A program made the translations under genes and the position numbers. Below, one piece after another: positions 28,690 to 42,634 of a DNA stretch of 64,000 nucleotides. The number at the start of each line of letters is the position of its first letter. Position 1 is the first letter of the stretch. Source of the stretch: the human T2T-CHM13v2.0 reference genome, Homo sapiens; assembly GCF_009914755.1 (NCBI RefSeq), contig NC_060930.1. One strand, written 5' to 3'. The notes under the pieces were generated by a model that had not been told where the DNA came from, ran no database searches, and saw only the letters and a program-made list of their open reading frames with translations.

Positions 28690-28823
28690 AACTTAATCCC
28701 ATTCATAAGTGCAGAGCCCTCATGATTAAATCACCTCCCAGTGGCTACACTTTTTAATACTACTGCATTGAGGATTAAATTCCAACATGAATTTTTGAGG
28801 AAACACAATCATTGAAACATATC
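28690..28823 (-). mobile_element. MaLR LTR 5' part (MSTD/MLT1A-like)
   Basis: aatcccattcataagtgcagagccctcatgattaaatcacctccc...gcattgaggattaaattccaacatgaattttt. Confidence 0.75.
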
Positions 28824-30702
28824 AGCTAAGTACCACCTGGAAATAGACAAATGCAGCACTACAGCCCCTTTCTTGAATACTCCTGAAGGACAGTGGTGAA
28901 GGGATTTCCTTGCAGTGGGCAGAACATCAAGCAGTGCACCTGATTGTTTATTTTGCTTGAAAGGAGTAATTGCCAGGGGTTTGGATGGATGATCAGAGTC
29001 CTGGAAAAAAACATGACTGGAAAATTGTTGACAAGAATTTCTGGGTGGGGGGAAGTATATGAATAGATAGACCTCTCTGGATGGACAAAGAATGTGAATA
29101 TACGTGTGGCCCATGTGATTGCTCACCAAAAGGTGACCTCAGCAGCAGAGGATTTTAATAATCAAGTAAATACTGATTCTGTGGATACCACTCAGCATCT
29201 TTCTTAGACACACCTTTCATCACCCAGTGGATTATGAACAAAGTAGCCATGGTGCTAGAAACAGAGATTATGCATGGGCTCAGCAATATGGATTCTACTC
29301 ACCAGGCTGACTAAGCTATTGCTATTGCTGAGTGCCCAATCTGCCAGCAGAAGAAACCAACACTGCCGCAATCCTGCAGGTTGATCAGCCAGCTACTTGG
29401 TGACAGATTATGTTGGACCACTTTCATCATAAAAGGGAAAGCACTTTGTTCTTTTAGAAAAAGTCACTTATTCTGCATATAGGTTTGCTTTTCTTGTATA
29501 TAATCCTTCTGTTGAAACGTACGGAATGTCTTATCCACAATCATGACATTGTACAAAGCAGTGCTTCTTATCAAGGGCCGCAACGGTCCCGTGCTCATGG
29601 AGTTCACTGGTCTTACCATTATACCCTATCATCCTGAAGCAGTTGGGGTGACAGATGGCATATAGCCTTTTGAAGATACAGTTGCAATGCCAGCTAGGTG
29701 GTAATGCCTTGTGAGGTTGGGGCAGGAGGCCATATATGCTCTAAATCGGTATCCAACGTGTGGTATTTTTTCTCCCATAGCCAAAATTCATGGGTCTGAG
29801 AATCAAGGAGTAGAAATGGGAGTAGCTCTAATCACTATTATCCTTTTTGATCTACCAGCAAAATGTTTGCTGACCTTGGGCTCTGCTGGTCTAGAGTTCT
29901 AAAGGAAGGAATGTTTCTAGCAGGAGACACAACAGTGATTCCATTGAATTGAAAGTTGAAAGAACCACCTGGCCACTTTGGGCTCCTCATGTCTCTGAAG
30001 CAACAGGCAAAGAAGGAAGTTTCTATACTGGTTTGTGTTATTGATATTGACTACCAATTGGGATCTTTCTACAGAACACAGATAAGTTGGAGTATGTAGA
30101 GAATACAGTAGATCCTTCAGGGAGTCTCCTAATCCTCATGCCCCGTGATTAAAGTTAATGGAAAACTACAACAACTCAACTGTAGCAAAACTGCTAATGG
30201 TCCAGATCCTTCAGAAATGAAGATCTGGGACATCCCTGCAGGTAATAAAAAATAAGCAGTTGAGGTGCTTGTTGAAGGCAAAAGGAATACAGAATGAATA
30301 GTGGAAGAACATAGTTATAAATATCAATTATGGCTAATGATCAGCTGCAAAAATAAGGACTATAATAGTTACAGATTTTTTTCTTATTATGAATGTTTGT
30401 ATATATATTTAGCAAATATTTTTGTGTTCTTTCCTCTCTTATCCCCTTTTCATCTAACATAGGCTGTATTAATAATAGTTAACTTTATATCACAATATTT
30501 ACATTATAGAATATCAAGGAGAAAAGTGAACAGTACCCAAGACTTTGCATCCTCTTCTGAGGAAAGCGTTAGTGTGGTTTTGGTGGCATGGAAGATAGTT
30601 GTATCATATTAGATGGAAGTATGATTTTGCCATTATTTTTATTTGGAGATTAAGTATGGTTCCAGAAGATGTGTATGGATGTAAAATTGGCAAGATGTGG
30701 AC
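28824..30702 (+). mobile_element. Old ERVL internal remnant (RNase H, integrase, dUTPase, 3' region)
   Basis: Colinear similarity with the HERV-L at 58720-60346 (gcagcactacagcccct; gagtgcccaatctgccagcag; ccattgaattgaaagttg). Confidence 0.9.
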
Positions 30703-31112
30703 TGTGGTGGTCAGTTTTACCTTGCAACCTGGCTAGGCTATAGTCCCCATTATTCAATCAAACTTCAATCACAATCTAGCTGTTGCGATGAAGGTATTTT
30801 GTAGATGTGCTTAAAGTCAATAATCAGTTGATGTTATGCAGGGAGATTATCCCAGATAGTCAGTGTGAGCCTGAATCAATCAGTCAAAGGCCTTAGGATC
30901 AGAACTGGGGCTTCCTTAAGGAAAAAGAAATTCTGCCTGTAGATAGCAACCTGAAATTATGCTCAGGACTCTCAGCTTGCCTTTCTTGGTTTGTCCTGTG
31001 GATTTCAGACTTGCTTTGACATCACCAAGAATTGCACAAGTCAATTCCTTGCAATAAATCTCTTAGTATCTCCTACTGATGTTGTTTCTCTGGTTGAATC
31101 CTTACTGATATA
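30703..31112 (+). mobile_element. 3' LTR, MLT2D-like
   Basis: Follows a purine-rich PPT-like stretch; tgtggtggtcagtttt...aataaatctc...gtttctctggttgaatccttactgata. Confidence 0.82.
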
Positions 31113-32739
31113 ACTAAAAAAACAAAAACAAAAACAAGAAAATACCAAAAACTTCCTTGTCTTATAATCTTTCTTGTGTCAATATTAATTTGTTTACTCA
31201 ATTTCTTTCTTCTTTAGAGAATAAATTTATTGAAATCAAGATCTGGATTTCTCAAGTCTTTGAAGCACTAAGCACAAGGCCTTATCTAAATGTATGCTCA
31301 GTGAACAATAGTTAAAGAAATCTCAGTTTTAAGTTTTTCTCTTGTTTTCTGGTTTTCATTAGCTATGAAGGACTTGATCTTGAGGCAGATGTGGCTGTGG
31401 AGGACAAGCAAGTATTTCAGGCTTAAAATTACATTTCATTCCTAACATGTTTTCATTTGTAAATTATTCTTTGTCTCCACTAATTTGCCACAAAAAGTAA
31501 TCTTACAAATGGCTTTCAAGTGTCACTAGGCCAATAGTAACTGAATTTATATTTCTAAATTCGTTGCCACAACTCACTTTTCCCCTTAAATATTTTTATC
31601 CTAGCCTTTTACTTTCATTCCAATTATCTTGGCTGATGTATTCATAAGTATCTTCCTCCAGAAAACTTATCTAGGCAATTTGGTACACATCATTTAAACT
31701 GAGGAATCCATTTCCTTGCTTATTCATTCATCCCTCAAGTAATTACCAAGTATCCACTATGTGTAAGGCACTAGGCTACATAATTTAGTGTGTCGGGGCT
31801 TCTTAATGACCTAATCCAATTATTATCCTGTGACAAAAACTAATCATAAAAACATAAAAACAAAAGCCTTTGCCCAAATTTGCCCAATTAAGTATTTTCA
31901 TGTTGGTTAATCTTTGAGTCTTTCTCCTCTAAATTTGGGTTAGATTAATTCTATAAAAAAGGCTAAGCATATTTTTGAACTGCCCTTGTGGTTTCTTTCT
32001 ACAGCAAACAGACACACAAACACACACACCTAAACTTTTCTAGATGTTCATATTACTGAAAATGAACTCATGCACCCACACAGATAGACCATTTTGACGT
32101 GTCCATATAACATTGGCCATAAACAATCACATATTTGCATAAAGTCTGGTGGTATAGTCTTTCCATTTTTATTCTTTTCAAAATATTGGAAGAAGTAGCA
32201 GTCAGACTTCCAGAGAAATTTCCCTTTGAGGGTTAAAATCATGTGCTCCCCAAATCCAGTCTGGAGCCCTCCTTCTCCACCAGGAAAGACCAGCTCAGAG
32301 CAAGGTTCTGAAATGGATCCATCAGATGATATTGACCACAAAGAAACAGCCATGAAGCCTGCAGTAGTCCCATGCCTGGAGTCATAACACAAATAATATC
32401 CTAGAAATGCTCCACCCTGCCTTGGACGGGGTCCTGGAGTGAGATTATTCTGCATTCCATGCTATAGAGGGCTGTGTTGCAGTCAAATTCCTGAGCATGA
32501 CCACTGCCACAATGCAACTGTTTACTCCATCTCTAAATGTCACATCAACATGACCTTACAGAGGTATTTGTTTGTGTGACTCCTCATAGCAGGACCTTCT
32601 CTGTGGCTGGGACATTATGAGCTGTTAGTAAATATGAGAGTAATAGGAGAAGAAGGAAGAAAATTGAATGCCAAACAAACAAAAAGAATGGGGAAAAAGG
32701 AAGGAAAGAAGAAGAGATGAAAAAAGAAAAAATATGACA

Positions 32740-32990
32740 ATAATAAAAGTAACATCTAAGGGCTTAATGTGTGTCAGGCAATAGTCTGAAATTCAAATGT
32801 TTACATGTTAATTCACTTAGTCCTCATAATTTCCTGGAAAATGTTACTATTATTATCTCCAGTTTCTAGATCAGGAAACTGGGCACAGAAAAATGAGAGA
32901 GCTTGCAAAGTTAAGGAGGAGCTGGGATTTGAACTCAGAAAGTCTCACTGCAGAACCTGAACTTATAAATGCTACACTCTTCTACCTCTA
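32740..32990 (-). mobile_element. MIR SINE
   Basis: tgtgtcaggca...agatcaggaaactgggcacagaa...ctgggatttgaactcag. Confidence 0.75.
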
Positions 32991-33044
32991 AATAAAAAAC
33001 AATAACAGTGAAATTAAGTGGAAAAAGGCAAAGAATTGGAAGAA

Positions 33045-35900
33045 TTCACTCAATAAACATTTCATTCAATAAATATTTATTAAGCAATTCAGAAAGATAC
33101 AACTTCTGTAATCAAAGAGCTTGCAATTAAGTGGAAGAGAGAAAATGAAAGAAACAGAAAATGAAAGAATGCAACAGAGTAAAAGATTACAGGAGAACTT
33201 TATGCTGTACCAGGTCTCAGATTCATACTGGAGAAAGCAGCTATATCTGCCCAGGGGATGGTGTTGCGAGAGTTTCTACAGGAAGCAATATCTGGGCTGA
33301 CTCAGAGAACCAACACTGGCAGCCGTAAAAACTGTGGGTTGGGAGAGGTGAGGCCTGAAAGGGGGACAATTAGGGTCTGCTGTAACACAGCATGTGAGAG
33401 CTGGTGAGGACCAGGCAGGAGCATTGACAGCTGGATTAAAGAGGGTGGGAAAAACTGAGATTAGATTAGGAGGAAGAATTGTCAAGAGCTCTTCATCAAC
33501 ATTAAAAAGGGATGTTGTGAGATGGTTCCCAGGTTTCTGACTTGGGCAACTTGATGATGCTGCCAATTTACCCAGAGAGGAAACAGAAGACAAAGAGAAC
33601 TTTAAGGGTATTAGAAGAAGAAAGATGAGATAAAGATGATAAGCTATTGATTTTTGAGTTTGAAATCTCCATAAAGCTTCTAGGTTGAGATGTCTAGGAG
33701 CTGTATGGCAGAGTATACAAATCTGGCCAATATTAGTATATCACTTGCAATTAAATCCTTCAGAGTAGAAGGATCTAATTCTCTCTATTGAGAGAATATG
33801 GGTAATGAAAGAACAGTAAAGGATGGAACTCTAGAAAACAGTGCACAAAGGACAAAGAAGTTGAAGAGTAAGATAATCTATCACTCAAACCAAGGGGACT
33901 TCCACTTACAAAAAGATCAGTAATGATGTCAAATGCAACAGATGGCCACTTACAATACACAAGGCGAAGCATTCGTGGAATTTGCTGTCAGGTGATTATT
34001 GGCACCTAGAGCCTGGAGGGCAAGCTCTTGAAGAGAAGAGGATAACTTTCCCCATAAAAGAAAAAGAAAACAGAAGAACACACAAGATAAAGATGAATCT
34101 GTCAGTGTTTTAAATGGAGGGCAAAAGTTGAGGATAAACTATGAATTAGAGAGTGAACTTCATACTGAAATGTTAATGGAATCAATGACAGTGGTGAATA
34201 TTTGAAATATCCACTGAGGGAAAAGGACAATTTAAAAGGTTGTCAGATGACAAAGAAGCCCACTTGGTACTGAGAAGGATCAATTTGCAGATGCACTGAT
34301 CTGTGTCCTATCAGACTCCCTTCAGCAATCCCCCCTCGCAACAGGAGTTTGTGATTAGAGGGTGGGAACTTGGGTTTTAAGAATTAGTGGTGGAACATTA
34401 TGAATGCTCAAAAGGAAAGGGAAAGAGTTAATGAGAAATGTCTATTTTCTGATTATCAATTGTTAAATTAAACATCTATTGAACACCTGTGTTGTGCTCT
34501 GTGGAGGGTGATTATTCAACTAATCATAAGCTTCACTGAACACCTACCATGTATGCTATACTATCTTAGGCACTGAACTTTCAAAGCTCTATGACACCTA
34601 CCTTTAGGGTGCTTACAGTCTAATGGAAGAATCACATAAGAAAACCACAACATCAAAGCAATGTGGAAGGGGCTATGATAGAAGTAGGCCCAGGATGCTG
34701 GTGGATTGTAGAGAAGGGAAGTCTAAAACCAGATTGGGAAAGGAGGGAAAGAAGGAAGATTTTCTGATGAAGCCATGCCTGAGAGGTAATGACAACTAGG
34801 AGTTAGTCAGATTAGTGCTTGGGTGAGGCCTAAGAAGACACTTATGAAGCTGAGAAGACAAGGAGGGCTAGATCAAAATAAACTTTATAAACCATGTTAA
34901 GGAATTTGGATCTTATCCATTCATTATCCCTTTTTAAATCATATTACTCCTAACAGCAATTGTGAGCAAGTATTTATCCTCTGAAGATAGAGGAACATCA
35001 CCTGAAATGGTTGTAGCTCATGTTAAAATTTCTGGAGCTTCCAGGTTTAAAAACAAATGTGAATTTTGTAACCTACTCTATATTATATCAATTTTAGTAG
35101 ACTTTGAATTATTTACCTTCAAATAAATTAATCTTTAAGAAGATGCACCATGGTCCTCCTGGAGCTTCTTGTCTGTGAATGATGGCGGTAGGTGAAGAAG
35201 AAATCATTGAATTATTTTAAGTAGGAGTTGCATAATCAGATTTCTGTTTTAGAAAAATATCCCACCAACGTGTTGCTTGGTTTGGGAAATCAAGAGAAGG
35301 ATGTGAGAAGTCGCTGGAAGGCTGCTGCAGCAACTCAGACAAGAGATAATGAGTTCCTCGGTCCTATCAACATGAGTAGAAAGAAAGACACTGAGTGAAG
35401 AATTATTAAGGCAATAAGAGTGTCAATGACTTATGGCTATGGGGAGTGAGTCAGAGAACCCAACACGACAACCAGGTTTCTGGTCTGAATGCTGTTCCCT
35501 AAGATAGCAAATGGGGGAGTAGAGTCAGGGCCTGAAGATTAGAAGCAATGGTAAGTTCTGTTTTGAACATTGCCTTTGAGAGCCTTGTGGGACATCCACG
35601 TGCTGATGACTGACATGCATTTGGGCACATATATTGGAATGGCCACATGTGGAAATTGAAGTCCTGTGGGGAGATAAGGCCATCCAGGGACAGGGCCTCA
35701 GAGTTTATAATGTAGTTGGAGAAATGACTCAGAAATCACAAAAACAACCAATAAGTGGGTCTGAACAATCTGTTCCAACTGGCTGTGGAGTGCTGATGGC
35801 ACAGGGAGTTAGGGACTGACTGAATTGAGGTGGGTTAGTGAGGGAAGGAACACCACTGAGATCTATTACAGACCTCAGAGCCCATGGTCCACAGCATCAT
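33045..35900 (-). mobile_element. Cluster of L2 LINE remnants
   Basis: cattcattcaataaatatttattaagca starts; ccaggtttctg(a/g) and aagttctgttttgaacat motifs; purine-rich strand. Confidence 0.65.
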
Positions 35901-37259
35901 CCTGAACTGAGAGCCGCAGACACAGGCTGCACCTTCTTTGCTGTTTAACCTTGTCTAAGTTCATGTCACCAAACCATCTGCACCTGCCCAGAACAATGAA
36001 GATGCCTTATAGTCCTTGGGATGACCTATGTACAAGAACTTGTAAGGTGTGAAGACAATGCAATGAATAAGTGATCTCCGAGTGTGTGCTATGAGCATTG
36101 AGATGATGCCCATCTTCCTATTACTGGTTTGGCTCTGGCATGCTGTGGCAGCTGGAAGGTGTTTCCATAGCAGGTGGTGAGAATTCCTCTGCTTCTGGGT
36201 ACTACATGACTGACTGTGCAATAGAGTTCCATGATACCTTCCAAACCTGAAGTTGCAGATTTGAGATAGTCTAAGAGGGAAAGGCAGCCTTGAGGACAGT
36301 TTTTGTCTGAGTATATTTTAGTTTCTAAAGCATTTCAGTACCTTCTGGGGCAATAAGATGCAAAATACAAAACTAGACTTGTTCTAATGTTGTGTTTATA
36401 TAGGGCTTTCCCAAGTACTCCTAGACAGAGGAGAAGAGAAAGGGGGAAGATTGCAAAATGTGCTCCCTGCCCTCCATTCTCATTTCAACCTCTGGGCTTT
36501 GCATGTCAGAGCATGCGACCCTGAGGAACCAGTGTCTGAGCAAAGACAAGGTTATTACTGCCACATGAAAATGATGTAACCTGGACATCAGGCTCTGGGG
36601 AACAGAAGGCAAGTCAGATGGGTCAATAGATGGTGACAAAACACGGAGGTCAATAGGTTGAAGATCCTGATAAACTGGAGAGCTATGAGGTATGACTGAG
36701 ATGAATTTCTGGTTTCTTTTACATCATGGGAGTTATATGGTTATTGTTTTATAGTTTTTTAATTTTAAAAGCGGGCATGAACTGAGGAGGAGAGTTGTGA
36801 ATAGCGGACTATTTTTTAATTTATATGCCAGGCAAAATGTGAGAGGATAGGGAAATCTAAAACTTATAAGGAAATGTAAGCCATAGGCTCTTGTAGCTCT
36901 CATGGAAACTTTCTTTAAAATAGTTACTTTTTCACTTTGGAACATGTTGGAGGGTTGAGCTTTTTATAAGACTAGATTCAAAATGAAATACATTAAAAAA
37001 ATAAAATGCCACCTAAATGTGTTTGTAGGTAGAGAAAAAATTATATAAAACCTTACACTTTCACATCTGGCCTGTCAGCCTTGTATATAACTTTTCATAG
37101 TCTTCATTTTTTATTCTACAAAAGGACGGTTATTTAAATTTTCTACATTGAATATGTCTCTCTTTTTGTAATCAGAAGAAAACAATGCAACCTCATTAAA
37201 CAACAAGAAAACTATAATTGTTACCAAACTCTCAGTGTTTCTTAAGCAAGTCTCTATTC

Positions 37260-37545
<286 letters not shown>

Positions 37546-38015
37546 CCAAGTCTCTATTCTTTATAACTGATATGAGAGCTAGACTCAAACTATCTCAGCA
37601 AATGGTATGTCTCCTGAATGGCCCAAAGCAGATTTGCTTTACATGGTTCACCTGTGAGTTCTCTGTAATTCTAGTTTCCAAAGAGTCTTAATCTTGGAAC
37701 TTCTAAAGGATCAAGATTTATGTGGCCATAAGCGAAACAGTTCTGGAATGAATAAGATCTACAAGTTTAGAAATCCTCGGGCTATTCTCTAAACAAAGAC
37801 GTGAGAAACTATTAATGTTTATACTAAAGATTCCCCAGTGTGGGTTTTTTTTTTTTTTTTTTTTTTTTTTGCCATTGTAGGATATGAATGGTTACGTCCT
37901 CTGCAATCTCTATATAGTTGCCTTTATGCAGGGTGCCCCTACGTTGTAAGACATGGGTGTGGGAGAAACTAGAGGGGTGGCTTACCTACTTTAGTCATAA
38001 AAGGAGGCCACTGTC

Positions 38016-38018
<3 letters not shown>

Positions 38019-38070
<52 letters not shown>
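38019..38070. repeat. (AC)26 microsatellite
   Basis: Counted directly in the sequence. Confidence 0.97.
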
Positions 38071-38072
<2 letters not shown>

Positions 38073-38157
38073 CTTCTCAACCGTGGTTATAAAATAGCAG
38101 CTCTGAAGATCTGGAAGGAAGAAAGAAGTAAATCAGCTGACCTTTATAATATTTGGC

Positions 38158-38426
38158 TAGGCTGACTTATTCATTAGACACAATAAGCCCAGTGCCCAGG
38201 ATCCACAATCTTTTTGGGAGTCAACGAAAAATATTTTATTTTCATTTAAAGTCAGAAGAAAAGAAAACCAAACTTTTAAGTTGAAAAAAAGGCTTTAATA
38301 TGTAATATGAGTGTATTCATCTTTATACCAATGCAGTCATAAACCATAATTATCAGTATCTTTTATGAAGGAAGTTGCCCGTACAGGAAAAGGGGCTAGG
38401 GCTCCTGAAAGTTATAATGTGGCCTG
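38158..38426. mobile_element. hAT-Tip100 MITE (ORSL-like)
   Basis: Ends ggctgacttattcattagacac...cagtgcccagg and ctagggctcctgaaagttataatgtggcctg, AT-rich core; recalled consensus. Confidence 0.6.
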
Positions 38427-38769
38427 ATCACTATACACCATTCAGTTGGCTGCAGAGACCCTTTTGAAAATAGTATCTGAGCCAAGCCTCCCCATTCCAG
38501 AAGCAGGATGCTTGTGAAACTAGAATCTTATGTTTCATTACTAAAGAAGTCAGTTAACTTTCTTCAGAGGAAAATTATTCCATAGCAACCAAGCCATGTA
38601 CGAAATACATTACTTGATCATGAAGTGAGACCAAACATGAAAAATTTTACATTGTTAAATTCAAATTTATTGTCTCTACAGGAAAAAATGATTAAGGATT
38701 CCATTTTTTTTAAATTAACTTGTTACAGAATTTGCTATTTTAACTAACTACCATGAAACTTTGATTTGG

Positions 38770-39208
38770 ATAAAAACATTGAATTAGCTCATGATTCTCT
38801 GGGTCAGAAATCTGGCTTTCAGTGGGGCAGTTCTGCTGACCTCAACTGGGCTCACTGCAGTCAGTCGGCACCTTGGCTGTGGCAGGCGCTGTCATTCATA
38901 GGCTGGCAGTGGGCAGGCTGTCTGCCCATCAGGGTGCCTGAGTCCTCCCCCATGTAGCCTCTGCTTCAGGTTAGTCTGGGCTTCCTCACGCTGCGGTGGA
39001 AATGTTTCCAGTAGCAAGAGGGCAAACCTCTGCTTGTGTCACGTTTTCCATGTCTGTGGCCAAAGTAGGTCACATTGTCAAGATTAGATTCAAGGGATGG
39101 AGAAACAGATTTCAGCTCTTGATGGGCGTAGTTACAAAGTCACTTTGCAAAGAGCATGAATGCAGGGATGGGAAGAATCGGTGGCCATTTTTTTAACCAT
39201 CTACCACA
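38770..39208 (-). mobile_element. MLT1H/I/J-like MaLR LTR
   Basis: gctcatgattctctgggtcagaaatctgg...agattcaagggatggagaaacaga...ctaccaca. Confidence 0.75.
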
Positions 39209-39527
39209 CCTTTTCCTTCAAAATTCTCATATCAACACTTCTGCCAAGTAACCCCCCTTTTGAGTTTTTATTTCAGTTCAACTGTTTTACAGTTTAAGCT
39301 AAAGCTTAGCTTGGTTCCTGGGAAATAAAAATGGAGATGCAATTGAAACAAGTTCAGTATTTCCTTTAAAACCACATTTTATTTCATTTATTTTTTTCAC
39401 TCAAAGAGGTTTATTAAGCTCCTCCAACCAGGCAACATAGCACAGTGCCTTGGGAACAAGATTCCTGGGTTTAAAACCCCAGTTCCACCATTTACAAGTT
39501 GCATGATCTTGGGCGAGTTTCTATTTT

Positions 39528-40182
39528 TCTTTATTTTGTTAACTTTTATTTTAGTTTTGGGGGTACATGTGCAGGTTTTGTATATAGATAAGCTCGTCAC
39601 AGGGGTTTGTTGTAAAGATTATTTCATCACTCAGGTTCTAAGCCTTGTACCCAATCATTATCTTTTCTGGTCCTCTCCCTCCTTCCACCTTCCACCCTCA
39701 AGTAGGCCCCAGTGGCTGTTGTTCCCTTCTTTGTGTTCATGAGTTCTTATCATTTAGCTCCCTCTTATAAGTGAGAACATGCAGTGTTTGGTTTTCTGTT
39801 CCTGTGTTAGTTTTCTAAGGATAATGGATGGAACATGGATGGGACTCCAGCTCCATCCATGTTCTCTCAAAAGACATGATCTTGCTCTTTTTTATGGCTG
39901 CATAGTATTCCATCTTGTATATGTACCACATTTTCTTTATCCAATCTGTCATTGATGGGCATTTAGGTTGATTCTATTTACTATTCACAATAATCTTTGC
40001 TATTGTGAATAGTGCTGCAATGAACACTCACGTGCATGTGTCTTTGTGGTAGAATGACTTATATTCCTTTGGTTATATACCCAGCAATGGGATTGCTGAG
40101 TCCAAAGGTAGTTCTGTTTTTAGCTCTTTGAGCTATTGCCATACTGCTTTCCACAATGGTTGAACTAATTTACACTCCCACT
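39528..40182 (-). mobile_element. L1PB/L1PA16-like 3' end
   Basis: Colinear with the L1 at 5650-6250 (ggggtacatgtgcaggtt...ataagtgagaacatgcag). Confidence 0.9.
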
Positions 40183-40566
40183 GATATGGTTTAGCTCTGT
40201 GTCCCCACCCAAATCTCATGTAGAATTGTAATCCCCATGTGTTGAAGGAGGGGCCTGGTGGGAGGTGATGGAATCATGGAGGTGGACTTCCCTCTTGCTG
40301 TTCTTATGATGAAGTTCATGATGAAGTTCTTTTGAGATCTGGTTCTTTAAAGGTGTGTAGCACTTCCCCCTTCGCTTGCTGTCTCTCTTGGCACCATACG
40401 AAGATGTGCGTGCTTCCCCTTTGCTTTGTACCATGATTGTAAGTTTCCTGAGGCCTCCCCAACCATGCTTCCTGAACAGCTTGCAGAACTGTTAGTCAGT
40501 TATACCTCTTTTCTTCATAAATTATCCAGTCTCAGGTAGTTCTTCATAGTAAAGTAAGAACGGATT
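40183..40566 (+). mobile_element. MSTA-like MaLR LTR
   Basis: tgatatggtttagctctgtgtccccacccaaatctcat...ccatgattgtaagtttcctgaggcctcccc. Confidence 0.9.
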
Positions 40567-41634
40567 TATTAGTTTTTACTACTAAAATTTGAAATTTTAT
40601 TTCTCTAATTCTTATCTCTGACTACAGTCTTGGGATTTTATTTTTTCCTCTCATTTTTGGAGTTAATGGTAACAGTGTAAAATGATCATGCTGGCTCAAG
40701 TTGAATGCATGTGCTTTTTTCAATTAAATTCCTTGTTTCAGGTTTATTCTTTTTAACTTCCATGATATTAATGACTTATTACATAAAATTATTTTTATAA
40801 TTGTTTAAATCCATGGCTTTATATTATAAATGATGACCTGCTGTTTCAAGATCCTTAAAGGACAGTTTCCACCTTCATATTCCCAACCTGTTCCTTACCA
40901 AAGCATACTTGCTAGTTTTATATTTAAACAATATGTAGCCCTATGACAATGCCAAGATTTCAGCATGCTACATAGATAAAGGTCTTGGACTTTGTTATCA
41001 CCTGGGTTATGAGTTTATTAATAATACAGTTACATAGAAGTTATACACTGAATATGAAAATAATGTCAAAACACAACTAAGTTAAGAACTATTTTATCAG
41101 GGAAGCATAGTGGCTTTCCACTGATATTTACATTTTAATGAGTTAGAAATGTTATGGCTTATAGTTTGGATAGAATATAGGTGAAATGAATAATGTCTAC
41201 ACTTGAAAGTGAGCTATTAAGTCAGTGGCTTTGTGATGTAGATGAAATAACAGCCTTATTTGTACTAATTTACAGACTCTTGAACTTTCTTTGCGAGGCA
41301 TTCTAGCTAAAGAAAAGCGAAGTCGTTTCCTACTATCCTCTTTCATTCAACCCTTATCTAAAATGAAAACCACATTTTTTAGTTAGAACTGATAAACTGA
41401 AGAGTTGGTGATATTTATGGATTGATTGTTTTATGAATTTAATCTCATTCATCCCTCTTTTCTGTCATGAGATACAATAAAGCCAAAATACATGGAATGA
41501 TATGTGTTTACTTAGATTGAAAATACATACATAATTTATTTAAAAACCAATTAATATGAATCTTCTATTAAGACCAAACATATGCATATACATTTACACA
41601 CACATTTTTAAAATGCATGCATATATGCTTCTCT

Positions 41635-41684
41635 GTGTGTGTGTGTGTGTGTGTGTGCGTGTGTGTGTATGTGTGTGTGTGTGT
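41635..41684. repeat. (TG)n microsatellite, interrupted
   Basis: Read directly from the sequence. Confidence 0.93.
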
Positions 41685-42369
41685 TGATATAAGATTCACA
41701 AGGAATCCTAAAAGACTTTTTCATCCCAGGTAGAAGATACAGAAAGTCTACTATTCATTAGGTTTCATTAACTGCACAGGAGTTAGTCAACAAATATTTG
41801 TGGAATAAATTGATGTATTAGTAATAAATGTTTTGTAGAATAGCTAAGGCTTAAGAGTGTAAGTCTTCATTATCTGACTTGTTCTGTTCTGAAAGCCTTT
41901 GCTTCTGCATGGATATTCTGCTTACTGAAGAGTGTCCTTGATAAAAGCCTAGGATTTACTACCTGTGAGTTACATCTCGAAAGGTTCTCATTTGACTGTA
42001 CCTTTCGCACCCACTCTAGTTCCACCACATAATGTATAAATAACTCAGTGAGGGGAATTGTTTAGACAAATAAATGGTTTGGAAATACTAGCTGCACATG
42101 CGCTTTCCTTCAGAGTACATTAATGAAATTAACTCACACTTCAGCGTGCCTTCTAGGTCACCAATTTATGAGCATCGGAAACCACACTCCTGAAAGCCTA
42201 GTTGGATGAGGTTAGGTATGAATCAAGGAAAGGTTTCTTTTTTTTTTTGTAAGCAGCACAGTGGAAAAGAAAGCAGAGTTTTGTGGATGGCTTTTTATGT
42301 TTTTCACATACTTATTAAAATTTCCCTATGGACAGTTTGGTCATCCATCTACTGAAAATAGTAAATATA

Positions 42370-42634
42370 GGCTGCGGTGAACTGTGGTTGCACCACTGCA
42401 CTCCAGCTTGGGTGACAGAGCCAGACCCTGTCTCGAAAAAATAAATAAATAAAAATGAAAAAAAATAGCCGGTCATGGTGGTGTATGTCTCTGTGGTCCC
42501 AGCTACTAGGGAGGCTGAAGTGGGAGGTTCACTGGAGTTAGGGAAGTCAAGGCTGCAGTAAGCCATGATTGTGCCACTGCACTCCAGCCTGGGCAACTGA
42601 GTGAGACCCTGTCTCCAAAAAATAAATAAATAAA
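42370..42634 (+). mobile_element. Atypical Alu: right-arm 3' end plus complete right arm
   Basis: Two copies of ccactgcactccagc...gaccctgtctc each followed by an A-rich tail; candidate TSD gaaaata(g/c)taaata(t/c)a. Confidence 0.85.

Noticed and set aside
35961-36221. Minus-strand ORF with somewhat protein-like composition
   Set aside because: No identifiable family or splice structure; cannot be supported without a search.
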